The notes under the pieces were generated by a model. That model was not told the DNA's origin, searched no databases, and saw only the letters and a program-made list of their open reading frames with translations. Positions 1 through 14,589 of a DNA stretch of 64,000 nt are shown piece after piece. The stretch comes from Chrysomallon squamiferum (lineage: Eukaryota; Animalia; Mollusca), in assembly GCA_012295275.1 (NCBI GenBank), contig CM022674.1, positions 62,001 through 126,000 of the forward strand, read 5' to 3'. Within the stretch, counting starts at the first letter, position 1. Each line of letters starts with the position of its first letter. The translations under genes and the position numbers were made by a program.

Positions 1-2643
1 CATGCTGCTAGCAACATATTCTATCATTTCTCTTTACCACTGCACATATACATAAATCCTACAAAACATCCTGATTGGGCTAATCCATAATACATTGTCC
101 ATTGATTACTAGTAGCTGCCTACACCCTGCAGTAGGAAAGTGACCTTCACCTTGTGAGATCTTCCCAGATGCCACTGAGTTCTATTTTCAGTGTGATTGA
201 TTTCGTTCACTGTCTGTGAATTCTGCCATTTCTCCAGCACATTTCTCATCTGGAACCGGTCTTCTCCATTAATGTAGGACCTGTTAGTTTCATTATTCAT
301 CTCAGTATCATAGCTTCAGCTGCACTCAGCTTACCGTGTTCTCAAAGGTAAGTGATTTAGGTTTTGTCTTTCATGTAGGATGTTAGGGACTACATGTCTG
401 TCTGATGTTAATTATTCCAGTCCACTTTCTTCAGTGTCTGACCATGCCAGTCTGCCAATTACCTGTAATTAGGCTGAATGGCATGGCTGGAGATGATGAC
501 GGAGAATCTTTATTTTTGTATCCAAAAATACCAAATCTGTGTTCAAAGCCTGCAAAACACCAGTGTGTAATTTATTTCATGTGGTTCTGAACAGAATGGA
601 GATATTCATTCATTTAGTTAGGCCATTCATAAAAAAAATATATGGATGTTTTTATACATGTGTGTGTGATGCGCGTGCACATGAGTGTTTCTGAGGATAT
701 TAATCACTGGTTGATAAGAAAATCAGTTTTAATAAGTTGAATTGCTTTATTTTGAGTTGTTATAATTTATATATAATTTGGTGAAAAATGTGCATTACAA
801 AGTGTAAATTATCTGTTTTTAAATTAATATTTCAAGTGAAATAACAGCACACACAAAGAAAAGGAAAAAAAAAAAAAGAAAGGTAAAATATTTAAATTTT
901 TTAAAACGATTTTGTTTCATAAATTTTAAAATAATAACTCCGACAATGTTCCCATAATCCTTCAATTATTATATTATACTTTATTTTTTAAATTTTTGTC
1001 TCAGGAAAGTTATAATTCTTACTTACATGTACATCAGAATGAGGCCATCTGGTTTTTGTTTATATAAGCCATGCCATACCTAATTCTCCAGCACCTGAGT
1101 GTATTATTAGCTCAATAGATAACATTACTGTACTAAAGTATATATAAAGATTCTTTGATACATAACTTAGAAGTGGATAAACAAAATAAATAAGAATGAA
1201 AGAAAGAATAAAAAAGATGTTAAATGAAATAACACTTGTTACATAAAAATATTAAAGAAAATGTTCATGATTTATTTTTTTTTGATTTTTGTTTTTAGAA
1301 ATGATTCCTTTAGAAGTAGTTTAATTTCTTTTGTTATTTTTATATGTAAATATTTCTTTCATTCCCTTGTTCATTCTTGTTCATTTTTTGTTTTTAAATT
1401 CTGGAATGTTATTTAAAAAATTAAAAAATTAAATGTGTTTTGTAAAATTAAAATAAAAATAAAGATCAGTTAAATTTATAAGGCATAATTATTGAGATAT
1501 AAAATGACCATCTGTTACTCCATAAATAAAATATCATTTTGACAGGTGTTTCAGTCTACCAGTAACACATAAAGATAATTAAATGCAGATAGACCCATTG
1601 ATTACTAACTAATAATGTCTGCATGTTTGGGTGTAATTTGTGTTACATATGCTGGTATGAGGGACTGTCTTTTATAAAATAAAGTCAAACACAATCAGAG
1701 GATACATTGCACACACGCACACGCACAGACACACGCACACACGTACTTCGTGTGGATGAATGGATGGACAGAGATGGATTAAAAACTTTAATAAGAATGC
1801 AGTAGAAATGGGGCAATGAATTAGTAATAATTTTGTTACATCTTCTTAATACTTAAGAAGTCATAAGAAATAATTATTTTTAAGAAGTAGAATATTGTTT
1901 AATGAGGTGCTGATGAAATTAATGTGGTTAAAATTAGCTCTATAACTAACAGTATCTCCAATTACAAACACATACATATGACTATGAATATTTGTATTCA
2001 CAGACATAGACATATGCATACACATACACATACACATAATCACACACTGGCAACTCAAGATCACAGGATACTTCTTTATATTAACAATTAATATTGTTAG
2101 AAAATTTGTTAGCAAAGTGCAATTTTATATAGTATTTTTAAACACATATTTTATTTAATTTTTATTTAATTTTTTTTTTTTTTTTTTTTGTTGTGATTAG
2201 CAGAAAAGAAGTGTCATGGCTGGAAGTCGAACTGACTTAATTAGCCACTTCAGGTTCTGTCGGAACATTTCTTCCTGGGTCATGTTCAAAAGAAATTTCC
2301 AGCTTTTTATTTTTTTTATTTTTTTATTTCTACATTATTTTATTACTTTGTTTAAATGTTGACAAATTACAAAGACTAAGTCTATTAATGTTTTTGTTTT
2401 TGTTACAAATGCTGTTGAAAAAGATTAATAGTTTTGTTACGTATTTATAGCTAACTTATGTTAGGGACTGATTCAGACTTGAGAGATGAATCCTTGTATT
2501 GTGATAATAGTATTATCTCAAAAATTTCTTTTTTATATATCATATGTATATTTGTAAGAAGCTTTTGAGCCCTTGTACTTTCTCTCTCTCACACCACCTT
2601 TTCTTGAACTGGAATTTGATGTAAGTGTTGTTCCACCTTCACA

Positions 2644-3378
2644 GTATAATGCACATGGATCAATTTCACACATTGTTTGAGTTTGCAGAATTCTTTATAT
2701 CAGAAGATAAACATGTATTGTGTTTGTATCCCAGTAACTTGTTTTCTTTCATAATAATCAGTAGTTTCAGATTAAGTTGAAATAATTCTCTGTTGCTCCC
2801 TTTCTTCCTAGCTTCTGTATCTCACTATCTTTGACTTTCTCTGTCTATCATTCTTACTCTCTTTCTATCTTTCTTGCTCTCTTTTTTTTCCCCTCTCCAT
2901 CTCTTTTCTCTTTATCTTTATTTTTTCTCTCTGTTTTTCCTCCTCCTCGTCCCCTGTCTTGGATTGGTAAGACATAATCTACAGAATGATGAATGTGGAA
3001 TATTGTCAGATACAATATCAGATTTTTCTGAATTTGGAATTCTTCATAGCATTTCATAAATATTTTTTTCTAATGTAACAATGCATTTATGTTTTAGGTC
3101 TGTATGTATCTGGGTAATTTGTTTTCTTTCATAACAATCGTTGTTCAGATTACCTGCTACTCTAGTTCTAGTTTCTTTTTTTTTTCTTTTTTCTCTCTGT
3201 CTTTTCTACCCCCTCCTCTCTGTTTGTCTTAGTTTTCTTTTCACATCTTTCTTTTCCTTTTTCATAGAATTAGAAGTAACAGTTGCGTTATCTTCTGTGT
3301 ATAATATTATGATGTATGTGGATCAATTTCAGACATTGTTTCTGGCTGCAGAATTCTTTATATGAGAAGATAAACAAG
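2644..3378. repeat. Diverged local duplication
   Basis: 2644-2715 (ggatcaatttcacacattgttt...gcagaattctttatatcagaagataaaca) recurs at about 3299-3378; 2721-2774 (gtaacttgttttctttcataataatc...cagatta) recurs at about 3101-3152. Confidence 0.75.
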
Positions 3379-3900
3379 ATAGTGAGTTTCTGACACAGTG
3401 TTGTTACATACAGCTGATTAGGTTGCAGTATTTATAGCAAGCTGTGTACTGATGCTTACATTTCTGTGTTTTGCAGTGCAGTGCTTTAAGCATGCATTCA
3501 ATATTCAACATCCTAACATCAATTTTTTATTTTTTTTATAATTTTTATAATTTTTATTCAGATAAACAGTTCTAAATTACTTATGTTAACAATTTAAAAG
3601 CCTACATAAATGATAACTTTTTAAATAATTTTGCCATGTTTTAGACTTTCTTAGAATAATATTTTGCATGATTTTATAAATAAGAGATTGCCAGATAAAG
3701 GGGAATGACTCTTAACTGACTAAACTGCACTTGCACATCATCATTTGTTTCAAATATTTATAAAAATGTGTTTACAAATGATGCTATGTTTGGCTTCTTT
3801 AGCATTTTTTATTGCCAAGTTAACAGTTTATTAACAGTCTGAACAAGATATATTTCACTGCTAAAATAGCTTCTCATAAAATGAAGGGTATAGGTATGTG

Positions 3901-4009
3901 AGGTAGTAGTAGTAGTAGGAGTAGGAGTAGGAGTAGGAGTAGGAGTAGGAGTAGTAGTAGGAGTAGTAGTAGGAGGAGGAAGAGGAGGAGGAGGAGCAGC
4001 AGCAGCAGC
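3901..4009. repeat. Compound microsatellite (GTA/GGAGTA/GGA/GCA)n
   Basis: Directly visible; it explains the spurious minus-strand PT-repeat ORF 3809-4054. Confidence 0.9.
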
Positions 4010-4029
4010 ATCTATTTTTATGATTCTTA

Positions 4030-4222
4030 CTTTGTGCACAAATTTTCTAAACATATCACATAAAATACCTGTAAACTGTACAATCTAAATACAAAATAGA
4101 AAATACCAGTCAGTTTACACTTTGATCATATTTTAAGTTATTATCCAAAATCTGAAAAATTCTGAAACCCAAAACTTTTCAAGTCTCAAGTATTTTGGAT
4201 GTGGGATCCTTAGTATCCTGTA
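4030..4222 (+). mobile_element. Degenerate 3' end of a Tigger/pogo-type DNA transposon (Tigger4/MER46-like)
   Basis: tccaaaatctgaaaaattctgaaacccaaaac...caagtattttggatgtgggatcc...cctgTA resembles the recalled Tigger4/MER46 terminus (tccaaaatccgaaaaaatccgaaatccgaaacac...caagcatttcggataagggatactcaacctg-TA) and ends on a TA; similarity from memory only. Confidence 0.55.
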
Positions 4223-6038
4223 ACATTTTTTAATTCAGCTTTGTTGGAACTTAATAAACAAACATTTCTTGTCAGATGAACAAACTGTAGCTTTTCAGTT
4301 AGATGCTTTCTTGGGGCATTGTGGGTTACCATTTCGGTATTCCTTGGCTTCTTTTTTGTATGTTTTCCCATTCTTGACTGTGTTCTTCTGATTCAAAAGA
4401 CTATGTTTTCAGCTCATGTGTCTGACCTCCTTATTAACTTTTTAATCCCAGAACTAATTGTCTTTTGGTAAACCAGAAAATTATATGTTAATCCATCATG
4501 TCATCATTCTGCAGAGGTTGAAGTTGCTGAGGATAAAATATTTTTAATGGCTTCTTGTGTTACCTTGTGAAATAGTCCACCTGTTGCTCATGTTAAGAGT
4601 CTCTAGTTTATAGGTTCATTATCTCAGTTGTTTGAAGGAGGTGGATTTTAAACACACAAAGATTTAGAGAAGGGAAAGTTAGACTGGTTCAAAAGAAATA
4701 ATAATAATAGTAGTAGTAGTAGTGGTAGTAGTAGTAGTTATAACAACTATAGTAAAAATAGTAGTAGTAATAATAATAACAGTAATCAACAATAACAATT
4801 ATAAAACAGCAAAATGCACACTTCATACATACATACATACATTAATTAATTTATAACTGTTTTACTTAATAGTAATTATTCAAACAATTATGGATCTCAG
4901 TTCTACAGTTTAGGTGCTGTAGTAAGTTTTACTGTCTTATCAAACTTAATTAAATAACTTTGTTCTAGCTAATAGAAATAAAATTAAACATCTTTTAGTT
5001 TGTGAGTTTGAGTTTCTGTTAGTCATAAAGTGTATTTACCAGGGCCAGTTTTTATTATATCTCTGGTTATTTTCATCTTGTAAGAGACAAGCAGAGAATC
5101 ATTCGTAGTCTTATCAGTCTGTTGCTAAGATGGGTTTAGACATCTGAAGTCTTCCTATAAAATAAAGTTTTCACAGATAACAGCATATGGTAAGCATTTC
5201 CTGCTTGGGGAAAAAAAAATGTATATTTAAATCTCATATAAATATATATTTTTTATCAATCTTGATTAAATTACATTTTGTCCACAGCAGAGATCTTTAA
5301 TGTGTGTGTGTGTAGGGGGGGTGTTTCTGTTAAAAGCATGAGAACATGGAAAGTTCTATAAGTCTGTAAAGGATGCAAAAACTATTTTAATCTTTGAGCA
5401 TGTTGCTATCTTTAGTTGAAGGTATGATATGCAGGTAATGAGGCATACGTTGAAATTATGAGAAAACAGAATTTTTACTTAGCTGTGATGATAAAGTGAT
5501 CACATCTTAAAATAAAATGTTAAAATTATTTTGAATATATGAATGTTTACACTTACACTTTTAGATACTATGGAAACGTGTCTATAAATTGAAATTGACA
5601 TTACTTGTTTTCTTATTTTCTTTATTTTTATTATTACTATTTTTTTAAGAGTAAATAAAAACTGACCAGTTCTAAGGTCACTGAAAGCTTGACCAGCAAC
5701 CTCTGAGGCCATTGGTCATTATAAAATGATAGTGACATGCAACACGCCTCCCAGACCAAGCATAACCAATTGCATACCACAAACTTTTTGTTGTCATTTA
5801 ATTTCCACTTCATAGATCTGTCATTCTCTGTACAGGTAGATGGCTTTAATGAGGTGTGTTAGGCTCCCACTGTCTCTATTGCCCAGAGAAAAATAGAGAC
5901 AGTGATCTGACCACACAGCCAGGACAAAAGGCAATCACATCCATACTGTGTGTAGTGTGGATTACCTTTGTCAACATCAGTCTCTCATTTAACCACCGAG
6001 GACTGTTCTTTTTTCACCTGTTTTTACACCCCTGCCAC

Positions 6039-6105
6039 ATGAAAGAGTCCTTCTTCTTCTTTGGATATTATAGTAATTATTTAAATTTAAAACAAGGACA
6101 AAAAG
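6039..6105 (+). CDS. Candidate alternative first coding exon (MKESFFFFGYYSNYLNLKQGQK), phase 1 into SAM exon
   Basis: ATG 6039, 22 codons + G, strong donor AAG|GTAAGA at 6106; phase matches the acceptor at 30497. Confidence 0.35.
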
Positions 6106-9100
6106 GTAAGAGTAACGGGTGAGAGAGTTCATTTATTTTTAATGTGTTTAAATTGTAATTTATTGTGTGTAAGATATATTTTGTATGGGTGTTTGCTATG
6201 GGTCTAAAAATAAAGAATGATGTATACACACTGAAAACGTACAGCAAAATAAGTAAAAGAAAAATGAGGTTATGGAGTCCTTAATAATTAATATAGTTTG
6301 CCAAAATGCATAGGGCATTAAAAATCATACATTCTTTGTATGAACTGAAGAAAAAAACCCTAACAGGTGTGAAAATATATGCTTACAATAACTGGACATT
6401 GTAATACATACACTATATATCATATATATGTATGTTATAATTTTTAATAATCACAAAGGTGAACAGGTAGTTGTTTTTGTCGGTGGTTTTTTAAGGCAGT
6501 GTTAAATTTCAAGTGTATGTAGTTTGTTAGTTTTGTGATAGCACCTATTTGAGTACCAGAGTAAAACTGAGAGAAGTATAAAGTAAATACGTGTTTGCAG
6601 ATTGTGTTTACTTATACTGTCTTTGATACAAGTTTTAATAATAGTTTTATAAACAGGATTTGTGTTTTGCAGTTTTGTACAAGGTTCAGTAAAGGTGCAT
6701 ACCTGATATAATTTCAATTTGTACCATATCATTTCATTAATTATTAAAACATACAAATATATTTTAGGATAGATTTAATAGGATTAACTTAACAAAGAAA
6801 AAAGTGCAATAACAAAAAAAAAATATAATAATAATAAAAATAAAATAAATAAATTAGCCCCCTCCCAGAAAAAAAGAAAGAAAGGATTTAGTTTGTTTTG
6901 AAAAGGGTTATATATTAATTTTTTGTTAATATATGGATAACTTCATTTTAAAATTTTTTGTTTCTAATTAGATTTTCTTGATAATTCACTGATGGAAAAC
7001 CAGTTAACATGAAATTCCCAAAATATTCATTGAAGACAGTTCTATTGTCTAAAAAAACCAAAACAACAACAACAAAACAAACAACTAACTAAATAAATAA
7101 ATAAAAGAAAAAAATATTAGAGTTGAAATAATTTAAAATAGAAAAATATATACAAGTAAAAATGTAAAAATTGATTAATAATAATAAATACATTAAAAAG
7201 AAAAAGAAAACCCACCCATAATCCATTTACAGTTCATTCACATTTTTAATTTTTATTTATTTTCTGAAGATGTGTTTAGAAAGGATAAACTGATTATTGT
7301 GAATAGTGGATGAATGCTTTTCACATTACAACTCAGTCACACAGAAACCTAGTGTTTTCATTTTGAGATATTACAGATAATTTCTGTCTGGGCTACTTGT
7401 AAAGTTTTCTCTAGCTGTAATAATGGTCTGTTTTGTTACTCTAACTTAGACCAAACGTTTTGTTTAAGATTATTACAGTGTGCGAGTTTCACCTCATTCA
7501 GATGATTTTTACCAATACAAGTATGGCTGTCAGATTCTTTGTCTTGAGTATTTAACATGTTGGTGAGTTAAATCTCAGTTAATATTATCATGTATTAAAA
7601 TCTGTATATAATTGGGTTGGTGGGGTTAGGATACAGGCTGACGTCTATATCAAATATTATTATTCATGTTTAAGAGTTTACTTACAGTGAAACATTTTTT
7701 TCTCAGGATACGCACAGTTATTCACAACCAGTTAAAAAATGAGTTAGTATTCTACTCATGCATTAGAGTTTACATTTAAAGAGGTTTTGGTTTTTTTTTA
7801 ACCAAAAAGTAAATTCAGCTATCAGTTTGCTTGTCTTGAAGATTAAAAAAATGGTGAGATAATATTTTACTATAAAACTTTACATTATAAAATTTATAGA
7901 GGCTATCAACAATTATTTTGTTAGAACACAGGTGTTATCTAAATAAATACGGTTTCTTCTTATGAAAATGTTTTCCAGTATAAAAAATGGACATGGCAGT
8001 GTCTTGTTTTGAGTTAATGTTTTACTATAAAAGATTTAGATGTTCATGAAGTTTAACTAATATTAGCGACTGAATAAAATATCCAAATAAAATGTCCAAT
8101 TTGAAATCTTTTACTCTATGTGGCCTGCATTTTGTTACTTTATTTATATTCTTGTGGAAAATCTACCATTGTTGTTACTGCTTTTATCTTTATTATTACA
8201 GTGAAGTATTGCTAAAAGTAATAAAACAATCTGAGTTGTGAAATACATAGATAATAAGTAACATACGAGTTATAAGCAACAGTACTTTATTTTTTAAATC
8301 TCTGGTTTCAAAACTTTGAGCTAGTATTTTAGACAATTATTTATATTTATATTTACTATTACTCTGGAATTCCAGAACATGATTTAAATCAAACCAGTTC
8401 ATATTTTCATTAGTAAACATATTGTTTTCATATCTTTTACTGAAACATAAATTATGATAATGGTGGCTCATTGGGAACAAGCATGTGGTGAAACAGTTGT
8501 CTATAAATCATGTCCACATGCTGAAACTGCTCCTACTTGAGGATTTACTGGACATTAGTCTGTCTCCTATCAGAATCATGGACATTCTAATTGAAATTTA
8601 GCCAAAAATCCTCATGCTATCTTGACCGCATGTAGATACATTCAGTTCTCATTTCAAGTGGGACATGTCAGAATGTTGGATGAAAATCAAAACAAATCTA
8701 TTTTTTGTTTCTTTCCAATGGGCACAGCCTCATTTGAATTTGTTCTGTTTACTTCTTGGATTAGGCATTCTGATCTGCTGACCCATTTTGATGCTTAGAA
8801 TGTTTGTGTTTTTAGGGAATGCTTGTTTATGGTCATTTCTTAATCTGTGAGATAAAACTGATGACAAGCTTCATCTTTCAAAATAAAAGACAAGATGGCT
8901 GACAGTGACAGGGTTCACATTTCAAAATAAAACAATATGGCTGATAGAAAAGATGTTATTTAATGCTTTTTTCTTTTTTTCACACTTAACAACAGGGTTC
9001 CATTTCTGTGTCTGAACTGTAAAGAGAGTAATCCAGGTTATTTTCATATAATATATATATATATTTTAATCTTTGAGAAAATATATGTATATATATGATC

Positions 9101-9403
9101 TGTGGACATAAATTGTAATAATAACATTTACATTAAACAGGACAGTGCATATAACAGTTTCTGTAAGCTCATCTTGGGTCATCAGCTGGAGCTGGAAATT
9201 AATTAAACATGTATTATCTTCCTGTGATAAGAAAGTAACTGTATATATATATTTTTTTTTATTTATTTCTATGCTATACACAGAAACTTCACTAGCTGAA
9301 TGATGATGCTAGAAGAGACTTACTTTAAATAATAACTAAACATGTAACATGTATACATAGATCTGTCTGAGTGATCAGTAACTTCTACAACTAATAACAG
9401 TGA

Positions 9404-9595
9404 AACCATTAATAGTTATCCATAATATGCTTAGATTTAAACCAGTAAGAGTAACCTATAATGTGCTTTGTTTTATAACCAGTAAGAGATCCCATTATTG
9501 GCTTAGAATTCTAACCATGAAGAATAACCCATAATTGGCTTAGCCATAGTAAGATAACCAGAAAGACTAAGAGTAATCCTTTGTTAACCAATAAT
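9404..9595. repeat. Degenerate minisatellite of about 36-40 bp
   Basis: Recurring aaccagtaagagtaacc(c)ataat..gcttag motif, about 5 copies. Confidence 0.6.
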
Positions 9596-12500
9596 ATAAT
9601 GATGTGGTCAAAATCTGTAACTGTTACTGTACTAACATACACATTTTTTTTTTACGTTTTTGATTTATCATTTACAGAATTTAGAATTACTTGATTTCAT
9701 TGATTAAATTAAAAAATCTTTTGTTTTCTTAGTTATTTTTGATTTTCATTTCTTTTTTAATATGTTTTGTAAATTAGATTTTAATCAAAAGAAGAATTTT
9801 TTTTTTTAAATCCATATAATAATTAAATAGTTATGTTCTTACAAAATTATATTTGTTTTAATTTTAGTTACATTTTTAAAAAGGTTTTCCATTAGAAACT
9901 TTTGCACATAATTACATATATATGTACATACACCCCCCGACACAGTAAAATATAAAAGAAGTAATCTAAATATCTGCTAATGTTCCTTTTATTATTAATC
10001 AACACTAAAATAATATTGCTCAGTTTAATCAACCTACAGATAAAATATTCAACAGGATGTTGCCTGAATAATAATCAGTTTAAATTCGCTGAAAGTAAGA
10101 AAGGAGAAAAAATATGAATATAATTTTTCAAAAGATTGTAAACCATGTATGGTTAATCCTGTCTAGTGCAGGCAATAAACTGAACAAAGACCAGCCAAAT
10201 ATACCTGTAAAAATATTCTTTGTTTTCACCTGCTGCACATTGCACATTGATGCAGCAAACATTCATACATTTTTAATAAAGGTATCCCAGGTGTCTTATT
10301 TCAGGTAGAGGGGGTGAACTTTGATTTCAGGTGTTTATGCAAGAATCCATCTTGGAGGCTGGAGTTTTAAATATTTCTTTGTAATCGTTTATACTTGTAA
10401 AATTAAACCTGTTCTCTCTTGTTGGAAACAGTAAGGTAAGACATCTGTGGATTGTTTTTTTATGGTCAGTTACCATTTATCTAAAAATAACATTGTCAGC
10501 TGCTGTGCCGATTTTTCAATTTATGGCTTGTATTATCAATTAGAGATTCCAGCTTTAAAATAATATTATGATAATAATTTATTGTTATTTTGTTTATTAA
10601 ATCCTGTGTTTATTTATTTTTTATTTTTTATTTTTTTTGATTATTCTAATAACAATTACATAATTAAGTGGATGTTTTTGGTTTTTTTTTTTTTTTCTTT
10701 AGTAATTATTCAGTTTTATTATTATTATTATTATCATTATTATCATCATTATCATACTTTTATAGAAAAACAAAATCCTATAGATTTGGTGTAATTTGAC
10801 TAAACCATATTTTATAGTACGGCAGATAGAAACAGTTGCTTTTCAGGATGTTTCTGTGCATGTGTATGCATTTATGGTGTTCATGCATGCATGTGTGTAT
10901 ATGTGTCCTGCGTGCATGTGTTGCATGTATTACATCATAAGGTCAGAAACTATCTTATTATGCATTGACCAGAAATTTGCTAAGTTTTCATAACAAACAG
11001 CTAACTACATAAGCACATAAGGATTACATGGGACGATGACCCTAGAAGTTGATGAAGTGGTAAGCATGTAATCTGAGGTAAACACACAGTACACAGGTTA
11101 TTTGTTCATTATCTGAATTACATCCAACTGCAGAATGTAATACTTAAATCTATTAGATAACGTTGTTTAATCTGTTATTGAACTTCATACACATTTATTA
11201 TTCTGTATTTTTTAATATTTAAAATTATTTTATTTTTATTTTTTCTTCTTTTTCCTTCTTTATTTCTTTATTTCTATTATTATTTTTTTTATTTTTTTTA
11301 ACTAAGGTGATAAATTCCAGCCAAATTCTCTGTCCAGTGGGCATGTATCACTTGTATGGTTTATCTTGAAGTGTCAGTGTGTGTGACATTCCTGTTTTGT
11401 TTTATGAGACAGACTTAAACAAATGGCCAGTGTAAGGTCATGGGTTGTAGCTAGGCTCAGTTAGACAGATTTGTGACCAAGGATTTCTTTGATGAGGCCT
11501 GTCACAGCTAGTGGTATACACCATGAGACTGGATTAGTGAATGGATTAGTGACGCTGTGTCATACATCCACAGTTAGTCTTCATGTGTGAGGTTAACTTG
11601 ATGTAAAGTACTTTTTATGTACAAGTTCTTTGATTCAGTCAAGGTTTCATGTCTGACAATGTTTACTGAAGTGATGAACAAATCCATGTCTTTTGTTGTT
11701 ATTATTTGTACTTTTACTTTCACTTTGTGGCAGTTGTTTGATTTTCAGGAGTATTTCACAGGGTTTTCTTTTAATCATGTCAGTGTTCCTGATGTCAGGA
11801 TATAATAAGGCACATAAAAAGAATACTTATTTAGTGTCCTCCCACATTTCATATGTAAAATAGTGGTGTACAGGAAGAAGAAATCTAAACATCAGATAAA
11901 GAAGGTGCATAACTCCACATAAAGATTAGTAATTGCACTAAAAAGACAAAGAAAAAAAAGAAATTGCTTTAAAGCATAGGTTCAAATTGACAGTTTTGTC
12001 CAGTCATAATGATAGACTGAAGATTGTTGTTCTGAGAGTATTTATGCTTTATTTTCAGGGTATTATTAAGAAATTAATAATTATAAGATACATGAAGGTT
12101 ACGGTCACGTAGGACTGCTAAATGGGTATTTATTTTGTGTGGTCTAATTACATATATATTAATCTACTTTGTAGCATTTATTTTTTTTTATAATTAAAAC
12201 AAATTGAGTTGAATTCAACAACAATGCAGGTATTTAAAAGTTATAAACATTATACCAGACTATTTATCTGGTAGAAGGGAAAAAAGCTATGAATTAATTT
12301 TGTTTCTGGATAATGCAGTTGTATTGTTTACTTTTCATTATTTTTGTACATGCACTGTAAGGCCAAAATATGCTGCATAAATTAAAAGAACATCTTTGAT
12401 AACATGCATGGCAGAACATGCATCTTCCTTGGGGGAAAGAAAACTGCTGAAAGCACTGAATCTAACAAAGTATGTGAGTTTAAAATAGTTTACTTCTGCC

Positions 12501-14538
12501 CAGTTCTTGTGATGTACAACTGCCAGTTATCTGCAACAGCTGTTTGCTATTTTCAGCTACAGTTTATATCTGTCATCGAAAGGGTAATATTACACAGGAG
12601 TTCCAAAACAGGATTCTGTCCCTTTTTCTTAATCTCCTTTTCTTTCATTTCTGTTGTAATATGCATTAACTAGGTATTTTCTGTCCATCATTAATTAAAA
12701 CAAACCAAAAACCCTTCACTGATACTTACAAAAACAGAAACAAAAAGAAGGAACAAATAAATAATAATAATAAAAATGTATTGCTTAAAGTGTACTCATA
12801 TTAACTTTACCCATTAAAGTCATTCTTGCTGACCTACACAAATCCTTTGATATGTTACTACAGTAATAAAGATGAGAAGAAAGTTTAGAACAGAAAAAAA
12901 ACATTCTTGTCTAAGTGTACTTTCTTGCACTGCTCAGAATACTACAAGTCTGTCCATAGGTTTGTTTGATGTGGGGTTTATAAGCAAACCTGTATTATAA
13001 CTCAAAATTATAAAGATAATAAATACACTATCTAATCTAAGCACACAACTAATAATGGTTATGTGGGAGTGGATGGTTTTTATTACAGAAACTGTTAAGT
13101 ATGCTTGTCATGGTCACAGCTCCCTAATGTTTTTTCAGAATCTGTCTAGCACTGAAGTAGTATAATTATATCAAGTCATATTTAAAAAACAAAAATTCTT
13201 CAAAATTTTGTTTAGCATTGAAGTAGTATAAATTATATTAAGTTGTTTTAATTTTTTTTGTCAGAGGCCTGGCAGTTCAGTAACAGCTAGGTTCTTAATC
13301 CAGTACTGAACTAGTTATTATAGGTTATGTCAAATTAAATTTTAATGTTCTTTTGTCATAGAAATCATCATGTATGCCTATCATGGGTTGCTTTTCACCA
13401 GTGTTATGTCTTTGAATGTGTATAAATTATATAAAGTTAAATTTAATTATATTGTTAACAGTGAACTATAAGTCAAGTTAAATTTCATTTAATGAGGGAA
13501 CTGGTTCAAGCAATTTGTTAGGGGCTTAACTTGAAATGTTGGTACAGTATAAAACTAGTATGGACCATTATATGTGAGCTAATAAGAACAAAACAGCAGT
13601 GAAGCATGTGTGTGTCCTGATATACTTTACGAGAGTTCCAGGAGCATTCGTTTTTTTTTCTTCATATCTTTAAGAACTGTACAACTGCTAGCAATGAAGT
13701 ACAAGTTGAAAGACTTATCATTTTTTTTAAACGTTTTCTTAACAGGGATGGACAGAAATATGGCCAGTATTCAGCTTTGATTCAGTTGACCACCACTGTG
13801 ATGTAGATTCTTTTTTATTTTTCTCAGATGGCCACTTATCAGTAATGTTTCAGATCTAAGGCTAGTTAATGGGATCAGTTTAACTAATAATCATATCTTG
13901 ACTGAGGTTCACTGAAGATGTACTGGGCATCCTGTCCAGTGCACTTGAATACACTGGTCTTAGTGTGTTATAAGAAAGAAAGATCAGGAAAAGAGATCTG
14001 CTGTTATTCTTACTATTAATTACATCATGAATTTTGTCCAGGTTTAATGCTAATTAAAATATTTAAATGTTCTAATTGACAAATGTATAAAAATAATTAT
14101 TATAGATATGTTATATAAAAATAATATTACTGTTTAATAAAAAATACAAAGTATGACATGTTTTTACCATAATTCCACTCAAATTTAAATTTCAAATATT
14201 AATTTTTAACTGAGTCATAAGCTGTCACCAACATGTCTTGATCTCTATTATCATGTTGCTGCAGGCAGTGCATGTATCTGACTTAAACTCAAGTCAAATG
14301 TTTGAAAATGTTTCACATTTGTTTGGTTACTTAAATTAGTATGTAGTTATAAATTTTGTAGTTAGTGTGTATATTTTAAGCAGAGGTGTAATTACAGATG
14401 GATAAATGTTTATAACTTTCTCTACATACACAAAATTATTAAACTTTATTTTAGGTAAAAATAGAGATTTGATTTAGTTCATGAAAAAATAATTACCACT
14501 TCTTATAGTAATGACATTTATTAATATTAAAATTTTAA

Positions 14539-14589
<51 letters not shown>

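Noticed and set aside
241-353. Perfect donor AAG|GTAAGT at 348
   Set aside because: The frame that would join the SAM exon has stops just upstream; it may be a non-coding 5' exon, but this cannot be supported from sequence.
5177-5195. cacag|ATAACAGCATATG|gtaagc possible micro-exon
   Set aside because: Phase 0 after the ATG does not fit the SAM acceptor; no independent support.
10331-10441. Acceptor-to-donor segment (ttcag| ... AAG|GTAAGA)
   Set aside because: The ATG frame and the phase-1 frame both hit stops; at most a UTR exon.
11036-11065. MTLEVDEV followed by GTG|GTAAGC
   Set aside because: Phase 0, incompatible with direct splicing to the SAM exon; it would need the unproven 26253 micro-exon or SAM skipping.
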